Shown piece after piece: positions 55,783 through 64,000 of a DNA stretch of 64,000 nucleotides. The notes under the pieces were generated by a model. The model saw only the letters and a list, made by a program, of their open reading frames with translations. It was not told the origin of the DNA and ran no database searches. How positions within the stretch are numbered: position 1 is the stretch's first letter; the number at the start of each line of letters is the position of its first letter. The translations under genes and the position numbers were made by a program. This DNA comes from an uncultured Chloroflexia bacterium (GTDB lineage Bacteria; Chloroflexota; Limnocylindria; Limnocylindrales; CSP1-4): NCBI GenBank assembly GCA_963768655.1, contig CAVYIM010000003.1:96001-160000 (forward strand). The letters are read 5' to 3'.

Positions 55783-57326
55783 ATCTCACAAGCCTCCAGT
55801 CGATGGCGACCGCCGCGACCACCGCTGTCAACGCCATCTCCGCCCCAGCCGCAGGCGCCGATACCGGCGCAACGACCCTCGAACTGATCCGCCTGTTCGT
55901 CCTTCTGGTCGGCGTCGCGGCGCTCGTCACCCTCCTGGCTCGCCGCATCAACCTGCCCTACACGGTGGCGCTCGTGGCTTTCGGGATAGTAGCCGGCGCC
56001 GTCTTCTCGCCGCTTCGAGTCGAGATCACGCCCCAGCTGGTGCTCGTCGTCTTGCTGCCGGCCCTGATCTTCGAGGCCTCGTACCAGATCGACTTCGGCA
56101 AGCTGCGCCCGTCCTTGCTGGGCGTCTCTCTGCTGGCCGGGCCCGGCGTTCTCGTGAGCGCCGGGCTCGTTGCCCTGTTCCTCCATCTGGGCGCCGGTCT
56201 GCCGCCGGACGAGGCATTCGTGGTCGGCGCGATGCTTGCCGCCACCGATCCGGCCGCAGTCATCGCCACGTTCAAGCGGCTCGCTTCGCCGCGGCGATTG
56301 TCTACGCTCGTCGAGGCGGAGAGCCTCTTCAACGACGGCACCGGCATCGTCGCCTTCACGATTGCGGTCAGCTTCGTGACCAGCTCCACCTCGCCCACGC
56401 CTCTGGACACGGGCCTGACCTTCGTGTCGGTCGTGGCCGTCAGCGCCGCGATCGGGGCGGTGACCGGCTGGGCGGCATCCCGGGTTCTTCCCAATGTCGG
56501 AGATCACCTGATCGAGATCAGCCTGTCCGTGGTGCTGGCCTATGGCACGTACCTGGCCGCAGACGCAGTCCACCAGTCCGGCGTGATAGCGACGTCCGTG
56601 GCGGGCATCGTCCTGGGCAATTACGGCCGGCGCCTCGGGCTCTCAGAGAGAACGGAAGAGGCGCTCGACACCGTCTGGGAGTTCGTCGCCTTCCTGGCCA
56701 CGGCGTTCGTTTTCCTGGTGGTCGGGTTCGCGATCTCGCTGCGGTCGCTGGCGGACGTGGCGGTCCCGATCGCCTGGGCCGTCGCGGCGACCTTCGCGGG
56801 CCGCGCGATCATCGTCTACGGTTTCCTGGGTCCGCTCCGGCTGATGCGGCGGCGGTCCACGAGCCGGCGAGCGACGGCCGAAGTGCCCGAGTCCGCGGAC
56901 GACCGCGGGCGAGACGAAGGCGATCTGCCGGTCGGCTGGCTGCACGTCATCTACTGGTCGGGCCTGCGCGGGGCAGTCTCCACCGCCCTCGCGCTCTCGC
57001 TTCCGGCGGACCTGCCGAACCGGTCGATGCTCCAGGGCATCACGTTCGGTGTCGTCCTCTTCACTCTGCTGACTCAGGCGACGACGGCTGAACTCGTCGT
57101 CGACCGCTGGGGCAAGAAGCCGTCACGTCCGCCGAAGCAGAAGCAGAAGTCGAAATCGAAGGCGCTTACTGCCGAACAGGCGGTCGAACCGACGGCCGAA
57201 GGTGCGGCCCGCGTCTCGGCGGTCGAACCGACGGCCGAACAGGCGGTCGAGCCGACGACGGGGCTGGCGGCCGAACCCGTCGAACCCTCGGCCGGGCGAG
57301 CCGCGTCCGGGCAGGCGGGCCGATGA
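55779..57326 (+). CDS. CPA1-family Na+/H+ antiporter
   Basis: LPALIFEA, AATDPAAV, EAESLFNDG and WSGLRGAVS; GTGA and ATGA overlaps on both sides. Confidence 0.92.
   Translation: MNLTSLQSMATAATTAVNAISAPAAGADTGATTLELIRLFVLLVGVAALVTLLARRINLPYTVALVAFGIVAGAVFSPLRVEITPQLVLVVLLPALIFEASYQIDFGKLRPSLLGVSLLAGPGVLVSAGLVALFLHLGAGLPPDEAFVVGAMLAATDPAAVIATFKRLASPRRLSTLVEAESLFNDGTGIVAFTIAVSFVTSSTSPTPLDTGLTFVSVVAVSAAIGAVTGWAASRVLPNVGDHLIEISLSVVLAYGTYLAADAVHQSGVIATSVAGIVLGNYGRRLGLSERTEEALDTVWEFVAFLATAFVFLVVGFAISLRSLADVAVPIAWAVAATFAGRAIIVYGFLGPLRLMRRRSTSRRATAEVPESADDRGRDEGDLPVGWLHVIYWSGLRGAVSTALALSLPADLPNRSMLQGITFGVVLFTLLTQATTAELVVDRWGKKPSRPPKQKQKSKSKALTAEQAVEPTAEGAARVSAVEPTAEQAVEPTTGLAAEPVEPSAGRAASGQAGR
57171..57293 (+). 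repeat. Imperfect in-frame repeats (AEQAVEPT) in the antiporter tail
   Basis: GCCGAACAGGCGGTCGAACCGACG-like units repeated. Confidence 0.7.
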
Positions 57327-58135
57327 GCGAGTCGAAGCAGCGCTGGCGGATCGTATTCGCCCGCGACGACGACGCTCGGTTCCTGTCGCATCTGGACGCT
57401 GTCCATCTATGGGAGCGTGCCTTCCGTCGCGGCGAGATCCCCGTCGCCACGAGCGAGGGCTTCAGCCCACGGCCCAGGCTCGTGTTCGCGGCACCGTTGC
57501 CTCTCGGGATGCTGGCCGAGCACGAGCTGGCCGACCTCTTCCTGGCGGAGCGGCTGACCGCGCCCGACCTCCGTGCCCGCCTCTCCGACGGGATGCCGCG
57601 CGGCTATCGCCTCATCGACCTCCGCGACGAGTGGGTCGGTGCGCCCGCTGTGGCAACGCGGCTGGTGGCTGCCGACTACCGCATGACCATGCTCGGCGTG
57701 GCGCCGGATCGGCTGGCGGACGCGGTCCGCGCCCTGCTGACCGCGGAGACGCTACGCCGCGAGAAGCGCCGCGAGAAGAAGGTCACCGCCTACGACCTCC
57801 GACCGCTCCTGATCGATCTGCGGGCTTGCCCTCCCGGCGCCTCGGGAGGGGCCGCGGACGCCCCGGCGGATGCTATTGACCTTCCGGCCGCCGGCCTATG
57901 GATGCGCCTCCGCCACACCCAGGATCTGGGCAGCGGTCGCGCCGACGAGGTTGCCGCCGCCGTCGCCAACGAGCTCGGCATGGCCACTCTCGCAGCGCCC
58001 GGGTCCGGCGAGGCCGAGGCTGGGGAAGAGGCCGCGACCGGCCAGTCGGTCGAGCCTTCGCCCGGGCGGGCAGTCCTCGAGATCGTCCGACCGGTTCGCG
58101 AACGCCTCTGGCTTTCCGACGAGCTGAGTGTCTAG
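57323..58135 (+). CDS. TIGR03936/DUF2344 radical SAM-associated protein
   Basis: RFLSHLD...WERAFRR, SEGFSPRPRLVFAAPLPLG and DLRPLL. Confidence 0.9.
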   Translation: MSESKQRWRIVFARDDDARFLSHLDAVHLWERAFRRGEIPVATSEGFSPRPRLVFAAPLPLGMLAEHELADLFLAERLTAPDLRARLSDGMPRGYRLIDLRDEWVGAPAVATRLVAADYRMTMLGVAPDRLADAVRALLTAETLRREKRREKKVTAYDLRPLLIDLRACPPGASGGAADAPADAIDLPAAGLWMRLRHTQDLGSGRADEVAAAVANELGMATLAAPGSGEAEAGEEAATGQSVEPSPGRAVLEIVRPVRERLWLSDELSV

Positions 58136-58224
58136 GTTCCTCTGGCGGCATCACCGGATCCGGTCGCGGCCGGCCGCGGAAGCGACGATGGCAGAAACGC
58201 CGTCCACATACGGCCTCGTTTCGT

Positions 58225-58253
58225 TTGACGCCGTCCGGGTTGGGCCGTAAACT
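58225..58253 (+). promoter_or_regulatory. Promoter of rplU-rpmA-rpmE
   Basis: TTGACG-N17-TAAACT. Confidence 0.75.
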
Positions 58254-58336
58254 CGCACTTCGCGCCCCGGCCCGTCCGAGGGCGTATTCGTGTCATGCAC
58301 CGTGGGCGGACGCCCCGTCAACCCTCCCGAGGACCC

Positions 58337-59041
58337 ATGTACGCAGTCATCGAGACCGGCGGCAAGCAGTACACAGTCGAGCTCGGAACCGAGCTCGAGG
58401 TCGAGCTGCTCGATGTCGAACCGGGCCAGGAGATCAACCTCGAGCGCGTCCTGCTGGTCGCGGACGGCGAGACGACGGCGGTCGGTCAGCCCGTTGTGGC
58501 GGACGCGGCAGTCAGCGCTCGCGTCCTGCGCCAGGACCGCGGCGTGAAGACGATTTCATTCAAGTATCGGCCCAAGGCCCGGCGACGCGTCAAGAAGGGA
58601 CATCGCCAGGAACTGACGGTGCTCAAGATCACCGACGTCCGGCTCGGCACCAAGAGCGCCGCGGCCGAAGCGAAGATCGAGCAGGAGAAGGCCGAGGCCG
58701 ACCGCGAGAAGGTCGTCAAGGCAGCGGCTCGCCAGGCGGCGGAGGACGCCGCCCTCGCCGAGAAGCTCAAGGCCCGCGACGCGGCCGCCGCGGCCGCCGC
58801 CCCCAAGAAGGAAGCCCGGGCCAAGGCAGCCCCCAAGGCTGCCGAGAAGGCCGCCGCCGAGAAGCCGGCTGCCAAGGCCGCCCCGAAGGCCGCCGCTCCT
58901 GAGAAGCCGGCTGCCAAGACCGCCCCGAAGGCCGCCACCCCCAAGGCCAAGACCGAGAAGACCGAGAAGACCGAGAAGACCGAGAAGGCGGACGCGGATG
59001 CCCCGGCCAAGCGCCCCGCCCGGACCAAGAAGGACGAATAG
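58337..59041 (+). CDS. rplU: 50S ribosomal protein L21 with long Ala/Lys-rich C-terminal extension
   Basis: [12 protein letters not shown]...GHRQELT, followed by about 130 extra residues. Confidence 0.97.
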   Translation: MYAVIETGGKQYTVELGTELEVELLDVEPGQEINLERVLLVADGETTAVGQPVVADAAVSARVLRQDRGVKTISFKYRPKARRRVKKGHRQELTVLKITDVRLGTKSAAAEAKIEQEKAEADREKVVKAAARQAAEDAALAEKLKARDAAAAAAAPKKEARAKAAPKAAEKAAAEKPAAKAAPKAAAPEKPAAKTAPKAATPKAKTEKTEKTEKTEKADADAPAKRPARTKKDE

Positions 59042-59043
59042 AG

Positions 59044-59307
59044 ATGGCCCACAAGAAGGCAGGCTCGAGCTCGAAGAACGGCCGCGACAGCGTCGGCCAG
59101 CGCCTCGGCTGCAAGGCCGGCGACGGCCAGTTCGTGACCGCCGGGTCGATCATCGTCCGGCAGCGCGGCATGACTTTCAAGGCCGGATCCGGCGCGGGTC
59201 TGGCCCACGACTACAGCGTGTTTGCCACCGTGGACGGGACCGTGCATTACGAGCACGAGACTCGCACGAAGAAGCAAATCAGCGTCGAGGCCCTGGCGGG
59301 CGAGTAG
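59044..59307 (+). CDS. rpmA: 50S ribosomal protein L27
   Basis: [16 protein letters not shown]...GSIIVRQRG. Confidence 0.98.
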   Translation: MAHKKAGSSSKNGRDSVGQRLGCKAGDGQFVTAGSIIVRQRGMTFKAGSGAGLAHDYSVFATVDGTVHYEHETRTKKQISVEALAGE

Positions 59308-59398
59308 CCTGCGGGGTATGTCCCGCGGCCGGCTCCCGCCGGCCGCACATCGGACGACCACCGGCGGGAGACCGTTCGGAAGGCGCCCGGGAGAACAC

Positions 59399-59611
59399 AT
59401 GAAGCCGAAGATCCACCCGAAGTACCAGCAGGCGACCGTGCTCTGCGCCTCGTGCAAGACGACCTTCGAGGTCGGCTCCACCCGCAGCGAGCTGCGCGTC
59501 GACGTCTGCAACAGCTGCCACCCGTTCTTCACGGGCAAGCAGATGATCCTCGACACTGCCGGCCAGGTCGAGCGCTTCCAGCGCCGCCTCGAGCGCACTC
59601 AACGCGCTTAG
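59399..59611 (+). CDS. rpmE: 50S ribosomal protein L31 (Zn-binding form)
   Basis: MKPKIHPKY, CASC and CNSCHPFFTG. Confidence 0.97.
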   Translation: MKPKIHPKYQQATVLCASCKTTFEVGSTRSELRVDVCNSCHPFFTGKQMILDTAGQVERFQRRLERTQRA

Positions 59612-59738
59612 CCGGCGCGGGGCGCAGCGCTCGCCGCGCCGGTCGTATCTCCGCGTCCTCGGTCCGTCGCGACGCCGTCTGTCGGCAGATCCTCGGCCGG
59701 TGGTTGGGCCCCGCCGGCTGCTCCGCTAGACTTCGCTG

Positions 59739-60893
59739 ATGGCACGCTATCACTACGGCGGCCAGGCGCTGATCGAAGGCGTCCTGATGCGCGGCCGGCT
59801 TGCACTCGCGGTCGCGCTGCGGCACCCCGACGGCTCGATCGTCTGGGCCACCGAACGGCTGGACCTCGGTCTGCGCGCTCGGCGGGCGATGCGCCTGCCG
59901 TTCGTTCGCGGGCTGGTGGTCCTGTACGACACGCTCGTCACCGGGACGCGCTGGCTCGTGCGTTCCGCGACGCTCCAGGCATTGGCCGCTGAGGCGGCGG
60001 ACGCGGCAGCGAAGGGCAGTGGCGGCGCGGCAGCCGGCGCGGCCGGCACCATCCTGCACTCGGTTGTGCGGTTGCCCCTCGTCCCCATCGTTGGCGCCGC
60101 CTCGGACGATCTGAAGGGCGCGAGCTATACCGATCCGGACGCCACGCCGCCGGCGAAGGCGCCCGGGGCCGAAGAGGGCCTGGGCAAGGGCTACGCCGTC
60201 GCGGTCGGGGGCATGCTCGTGTTGGCGCTGGCCTTCGGCGTCGGGATCTTCTTCCTACTCCCCCTCTTCCTGGCTCAGGCGACCGTCGGTCGCGTGGATC
60301 AGGGCTTCGGGCTGCAGCTCTCCGAGGGCCTGATCCGGGTCGTCATCTTCGTCGGCTATCTGCTGCTCGTGGCGCGGGCGCCGGACGTTCGGCGTACGTT
60401 CCAGTACCACGGCGCCGAGCACATGTCGATCCACACCCTCGAAGCCGGGGATCCACTGACCGTCGCGGCGGCCCGCAAGTACCCGACCGCCCATCCGCGC
60501 TGCGGCACGGAGTTCCTGGTCGTCGTCTTGATCATCTCGATCCTGGCGTTCGCAGTCGTCGGCAAACTGCCGCCGGCGTGGCTGGTCGTCTCGCGCGTGC
60601 TCCTGATTCCCGTCATCGCCGCCGTCAGCTACGAGCTGCTGCAGTTCGGGGCGCGCCACCGAGGCCACGCCCTGGTGCGCTGGCTGTGGGCGCCGGGAAT
60701 CTGGGTCCAGATGATCACCACCAAGGCGCCGGTCGACGACATGATCGAGGTCGCTCTCGTCTCGCTCGAGCGCGCCCTCGTCGCGGACGGGAACGAGATC
60801 CCCGAAGGCAGCACCGTCCTCGCGTGCCGGCCGCTGTCCATGGCGGAGGCGACGAGCCCGGAGCCGCCGCGGACGGCGGGAGCGGCCTCGTGA
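59739..60893 (+). CDS. DUF1385 domain membrane protein
   Basis: GGQALIEGVLMRG, FQYHGAEH and HPRCGT; usual neighbour of rpmE/prfA/prmC. Confidence 0.9.
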   Translation: MARYHYGGQALIEGVLMRGRLALAVALRHPDGSIVWATERLDLGLRARRAMRLPFVRGLVVLYDTLVTGTRWLVRSATLQALAAEAADAAAKGSGGAAAGAAGTILHSVVRLPLVPIVGAASDDLKGASYTDPDATPPAKAPGAEEGLGKGYAVAVGGMLVLALAFGVGIFFLLPLFLAQATVGRVDQGFGLQLSEGLIRVVIFVGYLLLVARAPDVRRTFQYHGAEHMSIHTLEAGDPLTVAAARKYPTAHPRCGTEFLVVVLIISILAFAVVGKLPPAWLVVSRVLLIPVIAAVSYELLQFGARHRGHALVRWLWAPGIWVQMITTKAPVDDMIEVALVSLERALVADGNEIPEGSTVLACRPLSMAEATSPEPPRTAGAAS

Positions 60894-61972
60894 TCGACTC
60901 CAAGCTCGTCGAGATCGCGGCCCAGTACGACGCCATGAACGCCGAGCTGCTCCTGCCCGAGACGGCGGCCGATCCGGCCGCGCTCAAGCGCCTGGGCAAG
61001 GAGCTGGCCCAGATCGAGCCCGTCGTCACCGCCTGGCGCGAGCTCAGCGAGATCCGCAAGGAGCTCGCCGAGGCGATCGAGATGCGCGATTCGGGCGACG
61101 AGGAGATGCACGACTTGGCCCAGGACGAGGTCCGAAATCTGGAGGCGCGAGAGACGGAGCTGGTCGAGCGGCTCCGCGTGCTGCTGCTCCCGCGCGACCC
61201 CAACGACGAGAAGAGCGTGATCCTGGAAATTCGGGCCGGGACGGGCGGCGACGAGGCCAAGCTCTTCGCCGCGGAGCTGCTTCGGATGTATCTGCGCTAC
61301 GCCGAGCGCCACCGGATGCCGGCGGAGGTCCTGAACGCGGATGAGAACGGCATCGGCGGGATCGGCGAGGCCATCGTCGAAATCTCCTCGCGGGGCGCCT
61401 ACAGCCGGCTCAAGTTCGAGGCCGGCGTCCACCGCGTCCAGCGCATCCCGGTGACGGAGTCGAGCGGCCGCATCCACACCTCGACGGCGACGGTCGCGGT
61501 GATGCCTGAGGCCGAAGAGGTCGACATCGAGATCGACGAGAAGGACATCCGGGTCGACGTCTACCGCTCCACCGGCCACGGCGGGCAGTCGGTCAACACC
61601 ACCGACTCGGCAGTTCGGATCACCCACATGCCGAGCGGCCTCGTCGTCGCCATCCAGGACGAGAAGAGCCAGATCAAGAACAAGGCCAAGGCCATGGCCG
61701 TCCTGCGCAGCCGGCTGCTCGATCGCGAGCGGGCCAAGGCGGCCGCGACGGAGTCGGCGCTGAGGCGGAGCATGGTCGGCTCGGGCGAACGGTCCGAGAA
61801 GGTCCGGACCTACAACTTCCCGCAGGATCGCCTGACCGACCACCGCATCGGGCTCGACCTGCACAACCTGCCCGGGGTCATGGACGGCGACATCGACAGG
61901 CTGATCGACGCCCTGAGCAACACGTACCAGGCCGAGCTGCTCGCGTCGCTGGGCGAAGGGTCGAAGGGATGA
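60890..61972 (+). CDS. prfA: Peptide chain release factor 1
   Basis: EIRAGTGGDEA, VQRIPVTE (PxT), GGQSVN and RTYNFPQ. Confidence 0.98.
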   Translation: MIDSKLVEIAAQYDAMNAELLLPETAADPAALKRLGKELAQIEPVVTAWRELSEIRKELAEAIEMRDSGDEEMHDLAQDEVRNLEARETELVERLRVLLLPRDPNDEKSVILEIRAGTGGDEAKLFAAELLRMYLRYAERHRMPAEVLNADENGIGGIGEAIVEISSRGAYSRLKFEAGVHRVQRIPVTESSGRIHTSTATVAVMPEAEEVDIEIDEKDIRVDVYRSTGHGGQSVNTTDSAVRITHMPSGLVVAIQDEKSQIKNKAKAMAVLRSRLLDRERAKAAATESALRRSMVGSGERSEKVRTYNFPQDRLTDHRIGLDLHNLPGVMDGDIDRLIDALSNTYQAELLASLGEGSKG

Positions 61973-62041
61973 CGCGCCTGCTGCGGCCACGGCTCGAGTC
62001 GCGGGCACGGCCCGAGTCGCCGCGGTAGCGGCGGGGCCGAA

Positions 62042-63019
62042 ATGGCGACGCTGGGCGAGCTCCTGAATTCGGGCACGGCGCGGCTGCGCGGGGCCGGGTC
62101 GGAGAGCGCGCGCCTGGACGCCGAGCTGTTGCTGGGCTGGGCCGTCGGGGCCGAGCGCACGGCGCTTCTCGCCCATCCGGAGGCGCCGGTCGGGGCGGAT
62201 GCGGCGGCCACGTACGAAGGCGCGATCGTTCGGCGCGAGGCCGGGGAGCCCGTGGCCTACATCCGCGGCCTGAAGGAGTTCTACGGCCTGGCATTCGGCG
62301 TGGATCGGCGGGCCTTGATCCCGCGGCCGGAGACTGAGCTGCTGGTCGCCGAGGCCGAGCGGGAAGTGGCCTGGCGGCTGACGTCGGCGCCGCGGCCGGC
62401 CGGGACGCCCGATGTCCGGGTCGTGGACGTGGGTACGGGCAGCGGTGCGGTCGCGATCGCGCTGGCGACCCTGTTGCGGCGGAGGAGGATGCTGCCCGAG
62501 GTCTCGATCCTCGCGGTCGACTGCGAAGCCGATGCCATCGGCCTGGCGCGGGAGAATGCCGTCGCCCACGCCGTCGCCGACGAGGTCGAATTCCGGGAAG
62601 CCGACCTGCTGCCGGCCGCCGAACCGCCGTTCGATCTCGTCCTGGCCAACTTGCCCTACATTCCGTCGGCCGAGATCGAACGACTGCCGGTGGCCGCCTC
62701 GTTCGAGCCCCGGACGGCTCTCGACGGCGGGCCCGACGGGCTGGCGGTCATTCGACGTCTGCTGGCTGCGCTGCCTGCGGCGCTTGCCGCCACCGGCACC
62801 GCGCTGGTGGAGATCGGCTTCGACCAGGGGCTGGCTGTCGAGCACGCGGTCGCGGGGTTGCCGGGAGTCTGGACCTGTCGGATCCAGGCGGACCTTTCGG
62901 GACGACCTCGCCTGGCCAGCATCGAGCGGTCCGCCGTCCAATCGACCGCCGTTGACGCGGCCGGCGCGCGTTCGGCCGGTCCCGGCCCGACCGACCCGGG
63001 CCGTAGAGGAGCCCGCTGA
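62042..63019 (+). CDS. prmC: Release factor glutamine methyltransferase PrmC
   Basis: GEPVAYI, LIPRPETE, DVGTGSG, NLPY and ALDGGPDGL. Confidence 0.95.
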   Translation: MATLGELLNSGTARLRGAGSESARLDAELLLGWAVGAERTALLAHPEAPVGADAAATYEGAIVRREAGEPVAYIRGLKEFYGLAFGVDRRALIPRPETELLVAEAEREVAWRLTSAPRPAGTPDVRVVDVGTGSGAVAIALATLLRRRRMLPEVSILAVDCEADAIGLARENAVAHAVADEVEFREADLLPAAEPPFDLVLANLPYIPSAEIERLPVAASFEPRTALDGGPDGLAVIRRLLAALPAALAATGTALVEIGFDQGLAVEHAVAGLPGVWTCRIQADLSGRPRLASIERSAVQSTAVDAAGARSAGPGPTDPGRRGAR

Positions 63020-63909
63020 TGCCCGAGTCCGCCCTGCCGATCCGCCTGATCGCCCTCGACATCGACGGCACACTCGTCGACGCGGATCTCGTCATCGGCG
63101 AACGCACTCTCGGCGCGATCGGCGAAGCGATGCGACGGGGCATCGCCGTCGCGCTCGTGACGGGCCGGATGGCCACCAGCGCCATGCCGTTCGCCGAGGC
63201 GCTCGGCCTCACCGGCCCCCTCGTGGCCCAGCAGGGCGCGCTGATTCGGGCCATGCCCGCGCCGGGCTCACGCGGCCTGGGCCGGCTGCTGCATCATCGC
63301 CCGCTCCGCCCCGAGGTCACGATGGAGATCGTGCGCTGGTGCTGCGAACGGGGCCTGGCGCCGCACTTCAATCACCTCGAATGGATGGTCGTCGCTTCGA
63401 ACGAGGAGCGCCTCGAGGAATACCGGCTCTTCGTGGGTGATCGGCTGCGCGTCGTGCCGGACATCATGGCCCGCGCTGCCCACCCGGTCACCAAGGTCGT
63501 CGCCATCGGCGAAGGGGAGCACTCGCTGGACGTCTTGGCCGAGGGGCGAGCCCAGTTCGAGGGGCGCGCGGAGGTGACGCTGAGCCATCCTCGCTTCCTG
63601 GAGTTCCTGGCGCCGGGCGTCTCGAAGGGTGCCGCGGTCGGGTGGCTGGCGCGACGCCTGCGCATCCCGCTCTCGCAGGCCATCGCGATCGGCGATCAGT
63701 ACAACGACCTGGAGATGATCGGCGAGGTCGGTTACGGGGTGGCGATGCCGAGCGCTCCGGCGGCCGTCCAGGCCGCGGCGCGGTTCGTGGCGCCGCCGGT
63801 CGCGAACGAAGGGGCGGCGCAGATGATCGAGCGGATCGCCCTGGACGGGTGGCGGGTGCCGATCGACGCCTCCCGGACGCGCCGCGTCGTCGAGGTGGAG
63901 CGGCGGTGA
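63019..63909 (+). CDS. Cof-type HAD-IIB hydrolase
   Basis: ALDIDGTL, VTGR, GVSKG and IGDQYNDLEM. Confidence 0.92.
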   Translation: MPESALPIRLIALDIDGTLVDADLVIGERTLGAIGEAMRRGIAVALVTGRMATSAMPFAEALGLTGPLVAQQGALIRAMPAPGSRGLGRLLHHRPLRPEVTMEIVRWCCERGLAPHFNHLEWMVVASNEERLEEYRLFVGDRLRVVPDIMARAAHPVTKVVAIGEGEHSLDVLAEGRAQFEGRAEVTLSHPRFLEFLAPGVSKGAAVGWLARRLRIPLSQAIAIGDQYNDLEMIGEVGYGVAMPSAPAAVQAAARFVAPPVANEGAAQMIERIALDGWRVPIDASRTRRVVEVERR

Positions 63910-64000
63910 CGGCGAGGCTGCTTCCCGACGATGGGGCCGGGCGTGCGGCCGCGATCGAGGTGCTGCGGACCGGAGGCCTGGTCGCCATGCCGACCGACAC
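63906..64000 (+). CDS. tsaC: L-threonylcarbamoyladenylate synthase Sua5/TsaC (3' partial)
   Basis: GTG start gives ...AIEVLRTGGLVAMPTDT; typical position after prmC. Confidence 0.8.
   Translation, partial: MTARLLPDDGAGRAAAIEVLRTGGLVAMPTD

Overview
GC-rich bacterial chromosomal window spanning the replication origin. Protein style, the tmRNA tag and frequent leaderless genes suggest Chloroflexota, possibly Limnocylindria/Ellin6529-like; this is inference and was not checked. Core content: dnaA, oriC, dnaN-recF-dciA, rpmH-rnpA-yidD-yidC-jag, ssrA/smpB, ftsEX-ctpA, prfB (programmed +1 frameshift), secA, parAB-gyrB-gyrA-prs with a parS site, mreD-mrdA-rodA, a TIGR03960/TIGR03936-type radical SAM pair, rplU-rpmA-rpmE and prfA-prmC-tsaC. 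One intact IS630 is present. Less ordinary elements: (1) a stand-alone ~140-nt transcription unit upstream of smpB with a perfect 12-nt Shine-Dalgarno and a 17-codon ORF; (2) an 8-Cys mini-protein with two CxxxCxxC motifs translationally coupled to prfB; (3) a GT-C/DUF2723/GT2 glycosylation operon, with many Ser/Thr/Pro-tailed envelope proteins in the same window; (4) a three-gene polysaccharide cassette between dnaA and oriC; (5) a receptor-like protein with a catalytically degenerate PP2C domain; (6) a frameshifted J-domain gene missed by the ORF track. All family assignments come from motif recognition by eye; no database searches were run.
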